A DNA stretch of 42,840 nt from a virus. Taxonomy: Duplodnaviria; Caudoviricetes. The DNA lies in the IMG/VR virus record IMGVR_UViG_3300049982_000154, positions 1 to 42,840 of that record. The stretch is one strand, 5' to 3'. The notes under the pieces are model-generated. The model saw only the letters and a list, made by a program, of their open reading frames with translations. It was not told the DNA's origin and made no database searches. Position 1 is the stretch's first letter; each line of letters starts with the position of its first letter. Positions 6,396 to 15,741 of this stretch are shown here, piece by piece. The translations under genes were made by a program, and so were the position numbers.

Positions 6396-9026
6396 ATGAC
6401 ACTGCTCCCCGATGCCTTTGGTGACCTGAGCGAGAAGCACCAAAAGATGCTCATGGTCGAGTCCGGAATTAGCCCGGAGCTGATCCTTACGCGCGGGTAT
6501 CGCACGGTCACTCGCAAGACCGAAGTGAGCGACCTGGGCTTCAAAGGCTCCCAGGCGCGCGCCCCCGCTCTCATCATCCCGATCTGGAGTACGCAGGGGA
6601 TCTCCGAAACCTACCAGATCCGGCCGGACCATCCGCGCCTGAACGAAGACGGCAAGTACGTGAAGTATGAGCTGCCCAAAGGCCGCGAAATGCTCCTGGA
6701 CGTGCCGCCGCCGGCGTGGCACTACCTCGGCGATCCGGATGTCCCGCTGTTCATCACGGAAGGGGTCAAGAAGGCGGACAGCGCCGTCTCGCATGGTCTC
6801 TGCTGCATTGACCTCCTGGGAGTGTGGAACTTCCGCGGCGTGAACCCGGCCGGTGGCCTCACCATCCTGCCGGATTGGGAGTATGTCGCGTTCAAGAGCC
6901 GCACCCATCCCCGGGACATCTACATCACGTATGACTCCGACGTGATGGCCAAGCGCTCCGTGTGGAGTGCTTTGAACCGCCTGCACGGCCTCTGCAAAGA
7001 CCGCGGCGCCCGCCCCTGGCTGATCTACTTGCCGGACGGCCCGAAGCACAAAAAGCAGGGCCTCGACGACTGGCTCGTTTCCCAGAAGGAAGGGATCACT
7101 CCCGACGAGATCAAGTGGTTGCTGCGCGGCATGGCCGTGGAAGAACTGCGGCCACTCCCGCGCGACGAGAAGGCCGAAGCCGAACAAAACGATACCTTCC
7201 CCGGCAACCTCCGGAGCCGTTACGAGCCCAGCCCCGGCGGCCTCTGGTACTTCCGCCAGACCACGCGCGGTCAAGAGAAGAGCCAGGCCACGAACTTCGA
7301 CTGCCGGGTCTTGCGCCACATCCGGAAGGATGACGGCCTGGAGGTCACTTCCTTCCTGGAAGTCAGCGCCACCCGCAACCATCACAAATGGACCGGCCGC
7401 CTCACGCACGCCGAGTTCCTCACGATGGATTGGCCCTCGAAACACCTGATGGCCGCAGCGGGCACCCTGCCCGGCCAGGGCAACCGGGACCACTCCGCCT
7501 TTGGCTTTCTACAGCTCTCCGAACCGATTGAGGAGGTTTTCATGTACGGACACACCGGTTGGCGCCACGTCGCCGACGAATGGCTCTTCCTGCACGCCGG
7601 CGGCGCGATCGGCCGCAAAGGGGAGGTGCCCGAAGTAACGGTCGACTTGGAGAAAATGACCGAGTATCAGCTCCCCGCGCCTCCGGATCTCGCCACGCCG
7701 GCCGGTAAGGACGCCGTCGTCGATGCGATCCGCCGCAGTCTCGGCTTCCTGAACATTGCGGACCGAGCGCAATCCTGGCCGCTCCTCTCCGTGGCCTACA
7801 CGGCACCGCTGGCCACGCTCTTCCCCTGCGACTTCACCGTCTGGCTGCAGGGCGCCAGTGGGGCCCGCAAGAGTACGGTCGCGGCGCTCCTGCTCTGCCA
7901 CTTCGGAAAGTTCACCCGGAACACGCTGCCCGGCAACTTCACTTCCACTCCCAATGCGGTCGAGATCCAGGCGTTCCAGACCAAAGACGTGATCTTCGTG
8001 CTCGACGACTACGCGCCGAGCGTGGACCGGAAGGAGGCGGCGCATCAGGACGCGGTGGCGCAGCGCATCATCCGGGCGACGGGCGACACCCGTGGCCGCA
8101 ACCGCGCCACGAAGGAAGCCGGACTGTCCGGAGAGCGCGCCCCGCGCTGCCTCCCGCTAGTGACTTCAGAGTTGCCCCCACCCGGCGCGCAAAGCACCGA
8201 GGCCCGCACGTTCGGGATCTTATGGGAAAAGCACGCAGTGGACGATAAGGCGCTCGCCGCAGCCTGCGCTCAGGACGGGGAGGCCTACGCCCTGGCGATG
8301 GCCGCTTACATCCAGTATCTGGCCGGCTGTCTCGACGAGCTGCGGCCGCGCCTGGCGGAGGACGTCCGCCGCTTGCGCGAGTGGTTTCCCGGTGAGCACG
8401 GCCGCGTCAAAGAAAGCGCCTCGAAGCTCGCGGTCGGCGTGGCCGCCTTCCTCGGTTTCGCGCTCCGCGTCGGCGCGATCACGGAAGTGGAGCGGTCGCA
8501 GCTCTACGAAGAGGCTACGGCCCGCCTGGCGGCGTGTGCCGAGTTGACCGGTGCTTCGCAGCTGGAGCGCCGCCCGACCGTGATGTTCTGCGAGATCATC
8601 CGCAGCGCCCTCCGGAGCGGCAACGGCTACCTCGCGGACAAAACCGCCGGCGGATGCCCGTCCCATAATCCGGGGCAATGGGGCTGGACCAAGCTGCACC
8701 AGGGCGAGTCCGGGTTCCGGGACGGTGCCGAGAAACTGGGCTGGCTAGATCGCGACAAGCACCTGGTCTATCTCCTGCCGGAGGCCTGTTTCAAGACGGT
8801 CGTGCGCCACTGCCAGCAACTCGAACTCCGCTTCCCCGATCAACGCAAGTCCCTGGGCGCGGCGCTGGACCGGGAAGGTTACCTCGTCCTGAAATCCAAG
8901 AAGGCCGGCGTGCATTACAACGCCTGGGTCGAGCGCAGCAACGAACAGTGTTGGGCGCTCTCGATCGACAGCATCTACCCGCCCGCTCCGGACGAATCCG
9001 CCGGCGCCGACGAGCCCCTCCAATGA
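6396..9026 (+). CDS. Primase-helicase replication protein (DUF3854-like TOPRIM domain plus DUF927-like P-loop NTPase)
   Basis: TOPRIM motifs LFITEGVKKAD and ITYDSD; YGHTGW motif; variant Walker A GASGARKST; Walker B FVLDD. Confidence 0.88.
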   Translation: MTLLPDAFGDLSEKHQKMLMVESGISPELILTRGYRTVTRKTEVSDLGFKGSQARAPALIIPIWSTQGISETYQIRPDHPRLNEDGKYVKYELPKGREMLLDVPPPAWHYLGDPDVPLFITEGVKKADSAVSHGLCCIDLLGVWNFRGVNPAGGLTILPDWEYVAFKSRTHPRDIYITYDSDVMAKRSVWSALNRLHGLCKDRGARPWLIYLPDGPKHKKQGLDDWLVSQKEGITPDEIKWLLRGMAVEELRPLPRDEKAEAEQNDTFPGNLRSRYEPSPGGLWYFRQTTRGQEKSQATNFDCRVLRHIRKDDGLEVTSFLEVSATRNHHKWTGRLTHAEFLTMDWPSKHLMAAAGTLPGQGNRDHSAFGFLQLSEPIEEVFMYGHTGWRHVADEWLFLHAGGAIGRKGEVPEVTVDLEKMTEYQLPAPPDLATPAGKDAVVDAIRRSLGFLNIADRAQSWPLLSVAYTAPLATLFPCDFTVWLQGASGARKSTVAALLLCHFGKFTRNTLPGNFTSTPNAVEIQAFQTKDVIFVLDDYAPSVDRKEAAHQDAVAQRIIRATGDTRGRNRATKEAGLSGERAPRCLPLVTSELPPPGAQSTEARTFGILWEKHAVDDKALAAACAQDGEAYALAMAAYIQYLAGCLDELRPRLAEDVRRLREWFPGEHGRVKESASKLAVGVAAFLGFALRVGAITEVERSQLYEEATARLAACAELTGASQLERRPTVMFCEIIRSALRSGNGYLADKTAGGCPSHNPGQWGWTKLHQGESGFRDGAEKLGWLDRDKHLVYLLPEACFKTVVRHCQQLELRFPDQRKSLGAALDREGYLVLKSKKAGVHYNAWVERSNEQCWALSIDSIYPPAPDESAGADEPLQ

Positions 9027-9099
9027 ATACACGCGGGATAGGGGTCAGGGGAAAGGGAGTATTTGCGATGTCGAAAGTACAGGGGTGGGGTGAAAAAAG

Positions 9100-9380
9100 C
9101 CATGGAAGCCATGGTTTCCATGGGAGAGCCCTCAGACTACTACTCTCAACCTCGGGTTCGTGCCTAGAAACCCACTTTCCCACCCCTGGTTTCCCCCATG
9201 GAAACTCCCATGGAAATCCCTCAGAGACAGGCCTTTTTCCATGGGGCTTCCCCCATTCCCATGGGCTTCCCCATGGCGCTCACCGGAAGTTGCCATGGGC
9301 TTCGGCGGCGTGCTGGCCCTCTTGCCAGGCACGAAATCACGCCGCCCACCCACTCCCCATGGCAACCATGGGTTCCATGG
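9100..9380. repeat. Array of 12 CCATGG palindromes; candidate replication origin
   Basis: Copies start at 9100, 9109, 9118, 9196, 9208, 9239, 9259, 9271, 9293, 9357, 9366 and 9375, directly after the primase-helicase gene. Confidence 0.85.
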
Positions 9381-9436
9381 CGTTTTGGAAGGGGTGGGTC
9401 ACTACGCTGCACACGTTTTTCTACGGAGAAGCGCCG

Positions 9437-9610
9437 ATGACTGAAGGATCCCCCTTTGCCGATGAGCGGAAGGTGCGCCTGGAAGCCGTGGCCGACGCCG
9501 CCCGCCCACTGATAGATAGTGCGGCAGGCCCGGACTACTCCGAGCGTCTGGCTCGCCTCCGCGCCGCGTTCCGGCACCTGGACGCGCTCCCGACGGAGAG
9601 CAAGCCGTGA
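9437..9610 (+). CDS. Hypothetical protein (57 aa)
   Basis: GGAG RBS; GTGA coupling to the next gene. Confidence 0.65.
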   Translation: MTEGSPFADERKVRLEAVADAARPLIDSAAGPDYSERLARLRAAFRHLDALPTESKP

Positions 9611-10014
9611 ACGCCGCGCTGGAGGCCCCCGCCGCCCTGGTGTCCGCTCCGCCCGCTGATCCGGACGCCCCGGGCGAGTACTCCGACTGGCAGCAACGCG
9701 TGCGCAATGCGGAGCTGCTCGCGAACCGCCTGGGCTACCCGCGGATGTCCGAAGTCAGCGTCTACGGCGGCGGCGCCCTCTGGGGCTACGCGCTCACCGG
9801 AGCCAACGCGGAACGGCTGACCCAGCTCGAAGCGGCGCTGTACAGCTGGCAGGCCGGAAACCGGAGCTGGGACGTGCCGGCGATCATTTGCCCCACCTGC
9901 CAGGAGCGGGGCTGCCTCGGAATGCCCAGTGCCCCCAGTGCCTCGGCGTGGGCCGGCTGCCGGCCGCGAAGAAGTGAGACCCGGGAGCGGTGCTGTTACC
10001 ACCGCTCCCGGTAA
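9607..10014 (+). CDS. Hypothetical protein with a Cys-rich C-terminus
   Basis: Coupled start; CPTC...C...C...CC. Confidence 0.7.
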   Translation: MNAALEAPAALVSAPPADPDAPGEYSDWQQRVRNAELLANRLGYPRMSEVSVYGGGALWGYALTGANAERLTQLEAALYSWQAGNRSWDVPAIICPTCQERGCLGMPSAPSASAWAGCRPRRSETRERCCYHRSR

Positions 10015-10041
10015 GTGACCCCTGACCCTTAGGAGAGACAG

Positions 10042-11874
10042 ATGACCACTCATGGAAATGATAGCCGCCCGGAGATCCAGGTCGGCGACTGGATCGCCTG
10101 GACGGACCACAATGGCGAGGAGCAGATCGACGAAGTGCTGACCGTGGGCACGAAGCGAATCACTACCGCGCTCACCCACGTGGCCTTCAACGTGCCGGAC
10201 CTCCGCATCGTCCCGAAACCGGGAACCCCCTCTCCCGTGCCCACCCCCACGGCTCCGGCGGTAGACCTGCGGGCCTACCATCTGCAGGGCGGCGAATGGA
10301 TCCAGTGGACCGACGAGCGGGACCAGGAGCACACCGACGAGGTGCGCGGCTGGGATGACGAGCTGATCACCACCGCCCGCACCCGGGTGCCCTGGACCGC
10401 GCGGAACCTGCGCCTGGTGCGTCGAGATCCCGCGCCGGTACCGGAAGCGATGGATCAATCCATCACTACGCTGGATGCGCCGGCCGAGCGCCGCGCCGTG
10501 ATCCCGCTGGACCTGATCGACGAGAGCCCCTTCAACCCCCGCAAAACGTTCGACGCGGAGAAGCTCGCCGCCCTCGCCGCCAGCATCCGTGAAGGCGGTC
10601 TCATCGACCCGCTGCTGGTGCGCCCAAAGGCCGGTGGCCGCTACGAACTGGTAGACGGTGCCCGCCGCCGGCGCGCCTGTCCGGACGCCGGCCTCTCCCT
10701 GGTGCCCGTCCGCATCCGGGAGATGGACGACGATGAAGCGTCCCGGATCATGTTCGAGACGCAGGAGCACCGCGAGCCGCTCAACCCCATCGACCGAGCC
10801 GAGGCGCTCCTGGAGTTGGTCGCAAAGCACGGCTCACAGCGCAAAGTCGCGAAGCATCTGGAATGCGATCAGTCCGCGATCTCCCGCGCCACGGCCATCG
10901 CCCGGCTGCCGGCAGCGGTGAAGGCGCTCGGCCGCGCGAACACGCTGAGCCCGAGCCACCTGGAGCGCCTGGTAAAGTGGAACGACTTTCCGGCGATCTG
11001 CACCGCCATCGCCGAGCAGGTGGTGCAGAACCACACCTCCGTGGCGGAGCTGGCCAAGCAGGTCGTGCCCTTCGCCGACGTGCTCCGCCAGCTCAAGCTG
11101 GTGAAGGAGTTCTACGTCAACCAGGTGGCCTTTGATCGCGCCCTGCTGGAAGCTCCGGAGTACAGCCGCCTGATGGTCAAGCCGGCCAATGGCTGGGGGG
11201 CGTGGTACTGCCTGGAGCCGAGGGTGTTCAAGCGCCTCACCCAGGAAGCCCGGGACGCGGAGAAAGAGCAGGCGGCCGCGGCGCACGCCAAAGCCTTGCA
11301 GGCCGCGGGTGCCGAGAAGGCGGAAGATCTGCCCAAATTGGAAACGATCCGCCAGCCCTGGGTCGAACGGACGGATCGCAGCAGCCAGACGCCGAGCTGC
11401 GACGGAAAGTGCGACTGCGCCGTGCAAGCCTTCTGCGGCCGGCGGAAGCAGGTGGTGAGCATCTGCACCAACCCGGCCAAGCTGCGAGCTCTGCAGGCGG
11501 TGGACATTAAGACGGCCGCAGCACGCCGCCAGGCGGAGGCGCAGGACCTGATCGATCAGCTGTACGCAGACTTGCGCGAGCGCAGCGAGATCTCCAGCCG
11601 GGACCTGGTCTATATGTCGGGCCGGCACTTCACGGCGGAGCGCTTCCTGCAGGCGTGTGAGCTCCTCGGCCTGGAGCCGCCGCCTGGACTAGCGGAAGGC
11701 AACTCCGCCGCGCTGGCCGTGGTCCCGGCCGTGGAAGCCCGGAACGTCTATGTGCTGGCGGCGGCCTTCTACGAGGCGGACCAATACGCCAAAGGCTGGC
11801 ATCCCGGAAACATGCTGCGGCTGCAGTCCTACCTCGGCATCGAGCCGGCCCCGGAGCCCCCCGCCCATGAATGA
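10042..11874 (+). CDS. ParB/Spo0J-like protein with N-terminal tandem repeat and Cys-rich C-terminal region
   Basis: SPFNPRKTFD, LAASIREGGLIDPLLVRP, arginine patch DGARRRRA, HTH SQRKVAKHLECDQSAISR; AGGAG RBS. Confidence 0.9.
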   Translation: MTTHGNDSRPEIQVGDWIAWTDHNGEEQIDEVLTVGTKRITTALTHVAFNVPDLRIVPKPGTPSPVPTPTAPAVDLRAYHLQGGEWIQWTDERDQEHTDEVRGWDDELITTARTRVPWTARNLRLVRRDPAPVPEAMDQSITTLDAPAERRAVIPLDLIDESPFNPRKTFDAEKLAALAASIREGGLIDPLLVRPKAGGRYELVDGARRRRACPDAGLSLVPVRIREMDDDEASRIMFETQEHREPLNPIDRAEALLELVAKHGSQRKVAKHLECDQSAISRATAIARLPAAVKALGRANTLSPSHLERLVKWNDFPAICTAIAEQVVQNHTSVAELAKQVVPFADVLRQLKLVKEFYVNQVAFDRALLEAPEYSRLMVKPANGWGAWYCLEPRVFKRLTQEARDAEKEQAAAAHAKALQAAGAEKAEDLPKLETIRQPWVERTDRSSQTPSCDGKCDCAVQAFCGRRKQVVSICTNPAKLRALQAVDIKTAAARRQAEAQDLIDQLYADLRERSEISSRDLVYMSGRHFTAERFLQACELLGLEPPPGLAEGNSAALAVVPAVEARNVYVLAAAFYEADQYAKGWHPGNMLRLQSYLGIEPAPEPPAHE

Positions 11875-12121
11875 CCTCCTGAACCGTGTCCTGGCGGCCG
11901 TGTTCCGCCGCCAGCACCCCACACTGTGTGCCGCGCTGGACTTCGCGCTGCAGCGCGGCGTTCCTCCCGCCGAGATCCACGCGCAGCTCGTGCGGGACGC
12001 GGAAGCGCTGGGCGGCGCGCCCCGCACCGTCGCCGGGGTCTACGCCTACCTGTGCGACGTGGACCCGGACTTCCGGCGGGCCGAAGCTGAGCGGGCCGCC
12101 ACGAGAGGGAAGGAGCGATGA
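11867..12121 (+). CDS. Hypothetical protein (84 aa)
   Basis: GGAG RBS; overlaps the ParB stop and the next start. Confidence 0.7.
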   Translation: MNDLLNRVLAAVFRRQHPTLCAALDFALQRGVPPAEIHAQLVRDAEALGGAPRTVAGVYAYLCDVDPDFRRAEAERAATRGKER

Positions 12122-12363
12122 CCTTCCTCATCGTAGCCGGCGCGATCAAGTGCCTGATCTGCGAGCGCATCTCCCGAAGCGCGGCGGATGTAGACGACCG
12201 CTACTGCCCGAACTGCGCGATGTTTCACGACGACCTGGAACGCGTGGACGCCGCACTTCGAAGCCCGACGATCCCGCCGGCGGAAGCCGCGCTGCTGGAG
12301 AAGCTGTTCGGTCCGCACCCCACCGGTGCGGACCCTCTACCCCTGGAAAGGAGCGATGGATGA
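12118..12363 (+). CDS. Small zinc-ribbon protein
   Basis: AAGGAG RBS; CLIC...YCPNC. Confidence 0.75.
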   Translation: MTFLIVAGAIKCLICERISRSAADVDDRYCPNCAMFHDDLERVDAALRSPTIPPAEAALLEKLFGPHPTGADPLPLERSDG

Positions 12364-12782
12364 AGACTGTAGACGCCACCGTAACCCTGACCCCGCTGAA
12401 CTGCGGCGGGTGCGGCGTAGCGTTCGCCATGCCCGAGTCCCTCTATCGAGAATGCTTGCGCAACGGCCGCTCCTTCTACTGCCCCAACGGGCACGAGCGG
12501 CAGTTCACGGAAACCGTAGAGCAGCAGTTGAAGGAAGCGCAGCGCGAACTCGCAAAAACCGCGCGCCGGCTGGAGCTGAAGGAGACCACCATCCGGGAGA
12601 TCCAAGAAGAGCGCGAGGCGGTGGGCCGGCGTCTCTCCGCTACCCGCGGCGTGGTAACAAAGCTCAAGAACCGCGCGAAAGCCGGCCTCTGCCCCTGCTG
12701 TCGGCGTCACTTCGGTGAGCTGCAGCGGCACATGGAAACCCAGCATCCGAGTTGGGATCCGGAAGGGGACGGTGCTTCGTGA
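12360..12782 (+). CDS. Zinc-finger / coiled-coil / C2H2 phage protein
   Basis: CGGC...CPNGH, coiled coil, CPCC...H...H; AAGGAG RBS. Confidence 0.8.
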   Translation: MKTVDATVTLTPLNCGGCGVAFAMPESLYRECLRNGRSFYCPNGHERQFTETVEQQLKEAQRELAKTARRLELKETTIREIQEEREAVGRRLSATRGVVTKLKNRAKAGLCPCCRRHFGELQRHMETQHPSWDPEGDGAS

Positions 12783-13117
12783 GCTACCGATGCCAGGCCC
12801 TCCGCGCCGACGACACGCTCTGCCCGCACACTTCCACGAACATCCGCAACACCAGCTTCGGCCCCAAAGCGGTCTGCGGTCACCACGTCCGGAGCAACAC
12901 CCGGAAATGGGGCCGGACCTTCGAGCCCGAATGCCTCTGGCCGGAAGGACTGCTCGCGGCGGCGGAGATCTGGGACCAGCACACCCAACAGCATCTCGGC
13001 TCTGCGGAACTCTACGCCACGCAGGCCACCCGCACGGCAGCGAAGGCGGCGGAATGTCGACTCCGCGTGGAGTGGATGCGGGAGCGAGAAGGGCGGGAAG
13101 GAAATGGGAATGGATAG
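12779..13117 (+). CDS. Hypothetical Cys/His-containing protein
   Basis: GTGA coupling; C...C...CGHH. Confidence 0.65.
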   Translation: MSYRCQALRADDTLCPHTSTNIRNTSFGPKAVCGHHVRSNTRKWGRTFEPECLWPEGLLAAAEIWDQHTQQHLGSAELYATQATRTAAKAAECRLRVEWMREREGREGNGNG

Positions 13118-13373
13118 CATCCTGGACTTTAATGCCAACACCACGGTTGGCGAGCTGCTGAAGGCTGCGAGCGAGATGAACGCTGCATCCGTGCGGGTAA
13201 CTGGCCGCGCTGGCGATGACAGCGTTTTGTTCTCCGTGATCGCGGTCAGTGGCGAGGATGCCTGGAAGTACGTCCAGGCCTGCGAAGCCCTAGAAGTGGA
13301 CAACAAAGCTGTCCACGCGGAAGTGCTCGCCGCCATCCGAGCAGCTGCGGAGAACCCGGGGAATGGCGAGTAA
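13104..13373 (+). CDS. Hypothetical protein (89 aa)
   Basis: GGAAGGA RBS; overlaps both neighbours. Confidence 0.7.
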   Translation: MGMDSILDFNANTTVGELLKAASEMNAASVRVTGRAGDDSVLFSVIAVSGEDAWKYVQACEALEVDNKAVHAEVLAAIRAAAENPGNGE

Positions 13374-13629
13374 CGAGCAGATCGAGCGCGTAGTCCTCTG
13401 CGCCAAAGCCGCCACCAGCGTGTCGCTGCTGGTGTCCCTGGAGGAGCTGGACGAAGTGCTGGCTCAGCAGGCCTGGGAGGCGCTGGCCATGCCGCTCTTC
13501 GACCCCACCCGGTATCGGAACGAAGCCGACCAGGTGGAATGGAATGGGCGCTTCCTGGTAGCCTTCGCGAAGTTCCGCCGCGACGTGCAGCAACTCCTGG
13601 ACGAACCCAGCACGAGAGAGAGCTCGTGA
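13363..13629 (+). CDS. Hypothetical protein (88 aa), last gene of the rightward operon
   Basis: Overlapping start; followed by the terminator. Confidence 0.7.
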   Translation: MASNEQIERVVLCAKAATSVSLLVSLEELDEVLAQQAWEALAMPLFDPTRYRNEADQVEWNGRFLVAFAKFRRDVQQLLDEPSTRESS

Positions 13630-13677
13630 GACCCTCACCGCAGCCACCGGAGCGGCGAGTGCGGCACGGATAAACAC

Positions 13678-13724
13678 AAAAAGGCCCCGGTTGGTACCAG
13701 AGCGGTACCAACCGGGGCCTTTTT
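13678..13724. terminator. Bidirectional intrinsic terminator between the convergent operons
   Basis: AAAAAGGCCCCGGTTGGTACC-agagc-GGTACCAACCGGGGCCTTTTT, a perfect 21-bp inverted repeat. Confidence 0.92.
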
Positions 13725-13751
13725 CTTTCGTGATTTTACGAAACCAGGAAG

Positions 13752-14150
13752 CTATCCCAGCTCTTCCACTGACTCTTCGAAGGTGATCGTCCCCTTCTGG
13801 AAGGTGTAGCGCTTCCCTTCCGCATTCACCCAGACGCACTCCACGAAGAGCACCGTTTCCGCCTGCGGTAGCCCGGCCGTGGCGCTCGCCGGGATCGCGG
13901 CCACGGACAGGCCACCTTCCGGATTCTCGACCGTCACGCCGCCCAACTCGTCACTGTTCAGGCGAAAGACCGCCTCCGCCGCCGGTGCCGAGGGCCGGCG
14001 CTTCCCGGTGACCCACACGACGCCGCCGGTGAGGTCCAACGCCGACGTCACTCCGGACTGCGTCTTCCGGGCCACGAGGTCTAGTTCCAGATCTCGACCC
14101 CGAGTCCAGATGTGGGTGAAGTCCGTCCACTTATGGGTTGTCTCACTCAT
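13752..14150 (-). CDS. Tail-tip protein, BppU-N-like beta fold
   Basis: RGRD...ALDLTG...G.ITF pattern typical of this position; family call tentative. Confidence 0.65.
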   Translation of the reverse strand: MSETTHKWTDFTHIWTRGRDLELDLVARKTQSGVTSALDLTGGVVWVTGKRRPSAPAAEAVFRLNSDELGGVTVENPEGGLSVAAIPASATAGLPQAETVLFVECVWVNAEGKRYTFQKGTITFEESVEELG

Positions 14151-15741
14151 CTCCGCAGATCTCCACTGAGCCGCCGTAGCGGGTGCGAATCGTCACCGAG
14201 CCGCGATAGGTGATCCGGAGGGTGCAGGTGCCTCCGTAAGAGGTCGCGATCTGCACCGCTCCGCCGTAGCAGATCGGGCCGCGCGGGGCGATGCTGAACA
14301 GGGTGCCGCGGGTGGTCCCTACCCCGGCCGCCGTACCCGTGAGTAGCCGACGCAGGAGCAAGGTGCCGGTGACGACGCCTTCCCCGGTGCCCGCGGCCTG
14401 GAGGGGCCGCGACACGGTGACGCGGCCGTCCGCCCCGCCCACTCCGGCGCAGAGCGCTGAGAGCAGGATCGGCGGCTTGTAGAACACGCCCGACGTGCCG
14501 CTGCCACCCGCGCTGAAGCCCGCCAGCAGCCGCTGGATCTCGACCGCCGCCGTGGTGGCGCCCACCCCCGCCGCGCTCCCGGATAGGGACCGGGAGATCG
14601 TGGGGACGGCCGTGGTCGCTCCGCTTCCGGAGCTGCGGCCCGAGAGGGCACGGGTGAAGGTCGGCGTGCCGCTTACCGCGCCTACTCCTGCGCTCGTCCC
14701 GGTACAGAGACGCGAGAGCTGACAGGAGCCAGCCGAGGTTCCCACCCCTGCCGCCGTGCCGGTAAGCGGTCGCTGCACCGAGAGTGTCCCGGCCCCGGTG
14801 CTAGCCCCGCCGCCGGTGACCACCAGGCGCCGGGAGACCTGCGGCGTCGCCGAGGTGACCGCCAGGCCGGCCGCGCTGCCGGTGATGCGGCGCGAGGTCT
14901 GGAGCGTGGCCGTGGTGCCCCCGGCTCCGCCTGCTGTGCCGCGGAGTAGGATCGAGACGGGTGGCGCATGGTAGACCCAGAGCGGGCGCTGTCGCAGGGC
15001 GCGAGCCAGGTTCCAGCGAGCCATCGGATCGCATTGCCAGGCCAGTTCCGACTGGGGCGCGGCGCGATCATAAATCCGCACCTCCGCTACCTGTCCCGTC
15101 ACATAGGTCGTGTCGGTGCGCCCGACGCGAAATTTATGCCCGGAAACGGTCAGGTCCGAGAACCAGCGACCGTTATTAGACCCGGAGTCCGAGACCAGCG
15201 TCTGCGGCCGACCATTGACAAACATCGCCCACGTGCTGCCATTGCTCGTCACGGCGAGGTGATACCACGTATTCAGGCTCAACGAGGTGGTGCTGCGGAA
15301 CGCCTCGTTGAGCCCGGTCGCAGCACGGTAGCGCTGAATGTAGGGTTGGCCGCTGGCATTTACGACCAGGAACAAGCCGTCGGGCGTTCCTGGTATCCAG
15401 GAGGACCAGACATCGTTGTAGGTGGCGAAGGCGGTAAAGCGCACCCACGCGGTGACGGTGCCCTTGCTGTGCGCCTCGAACAGATCGCTCGCCGCGGACT
15501 CCGCGTAGTCGTTCGAGCCGTCGCAGCCGAGCGCCCAGCCCATCTCCCCGCTCGCCGTAAATTCCACCCCGCCGTTCAGCGCGAGGTGGTTGCTGCCCGC
15601 GAGGTCCCGCCAGGTGGTGGCCGACCCGCGACTAGCGAGAGCGGGCCACCAGGCCAGCAGCCCCGGGGCGTCCGGAGCGTCCGGGTTCAGGTCAAACGGC
15701 TCGTTCGGCGGGCCGTCCCAGCCATACCGCAACGGCCGCAT
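14143..15741 (-). CDS. LamG/concanavalin-like domain tail protein with Gly/Thr repeats
   Basis: TVTAWV...WYHLAVT...MFVNG...GQVAEVRIYDRA, followed by about 11 repeats of 20 aa. Confidence 0.85.
   Translation of the reverse strand: MRPLRYGWDGPPNEPFDLNPDAPDAPGLLAWWPALASRGSATTWRDLAGSNHLALNGGVEFTASGEMGWALGCDGSNDYAESAASDLFEAHSKGTVTAWVRFTAFATYNDVWSSWIPGTPDGLFLVVNASGQPYIQRYRAATGLNEAFRSTTSLSLNTWYHLAVTSNGSTWAMFVNGRPQTLVSDSGSNNGRWFSDLTVSGHKFRVGRTDTTYVTGQVAEVRIYDRAAPQSELAWQCDPMARWNLARALRQRPLWVYHAPPVSILLRGTAGGAGGTTATLQTSRRITGSAAGLAVTSATPQVSRRLVVTGGGASTGAGTLSVQRPLTGTAAGVGTSAGSCQLSRLCTGTSAGVGAVSGTPTFTRALSGRSSGSGATTAVPTISRSLSGSAAGVGATTAAVEIQRLLAGFSAGGSGTSGVFYKPPILLSALCAGVGGADGRVTVSRPLQAAGTGEGVVTGTLLLRRLLTGTAAGVGTTRGTLFSIAPRGPICYGGAVQIATSYGGTCTLRITYRGSVTIRTRYGGSVEICGDE

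Noticed and set aside
9100-9380. CRISPR array
   Set aside because: The repeat is only 6 bp with irregular spacing, and no cas genes are present.
8678-9577. Overlapping ORFs rich in HG, PW or PM dipeptides
   Set aside because: These are translations of the CCATGG array in different frames, not credible proteins.
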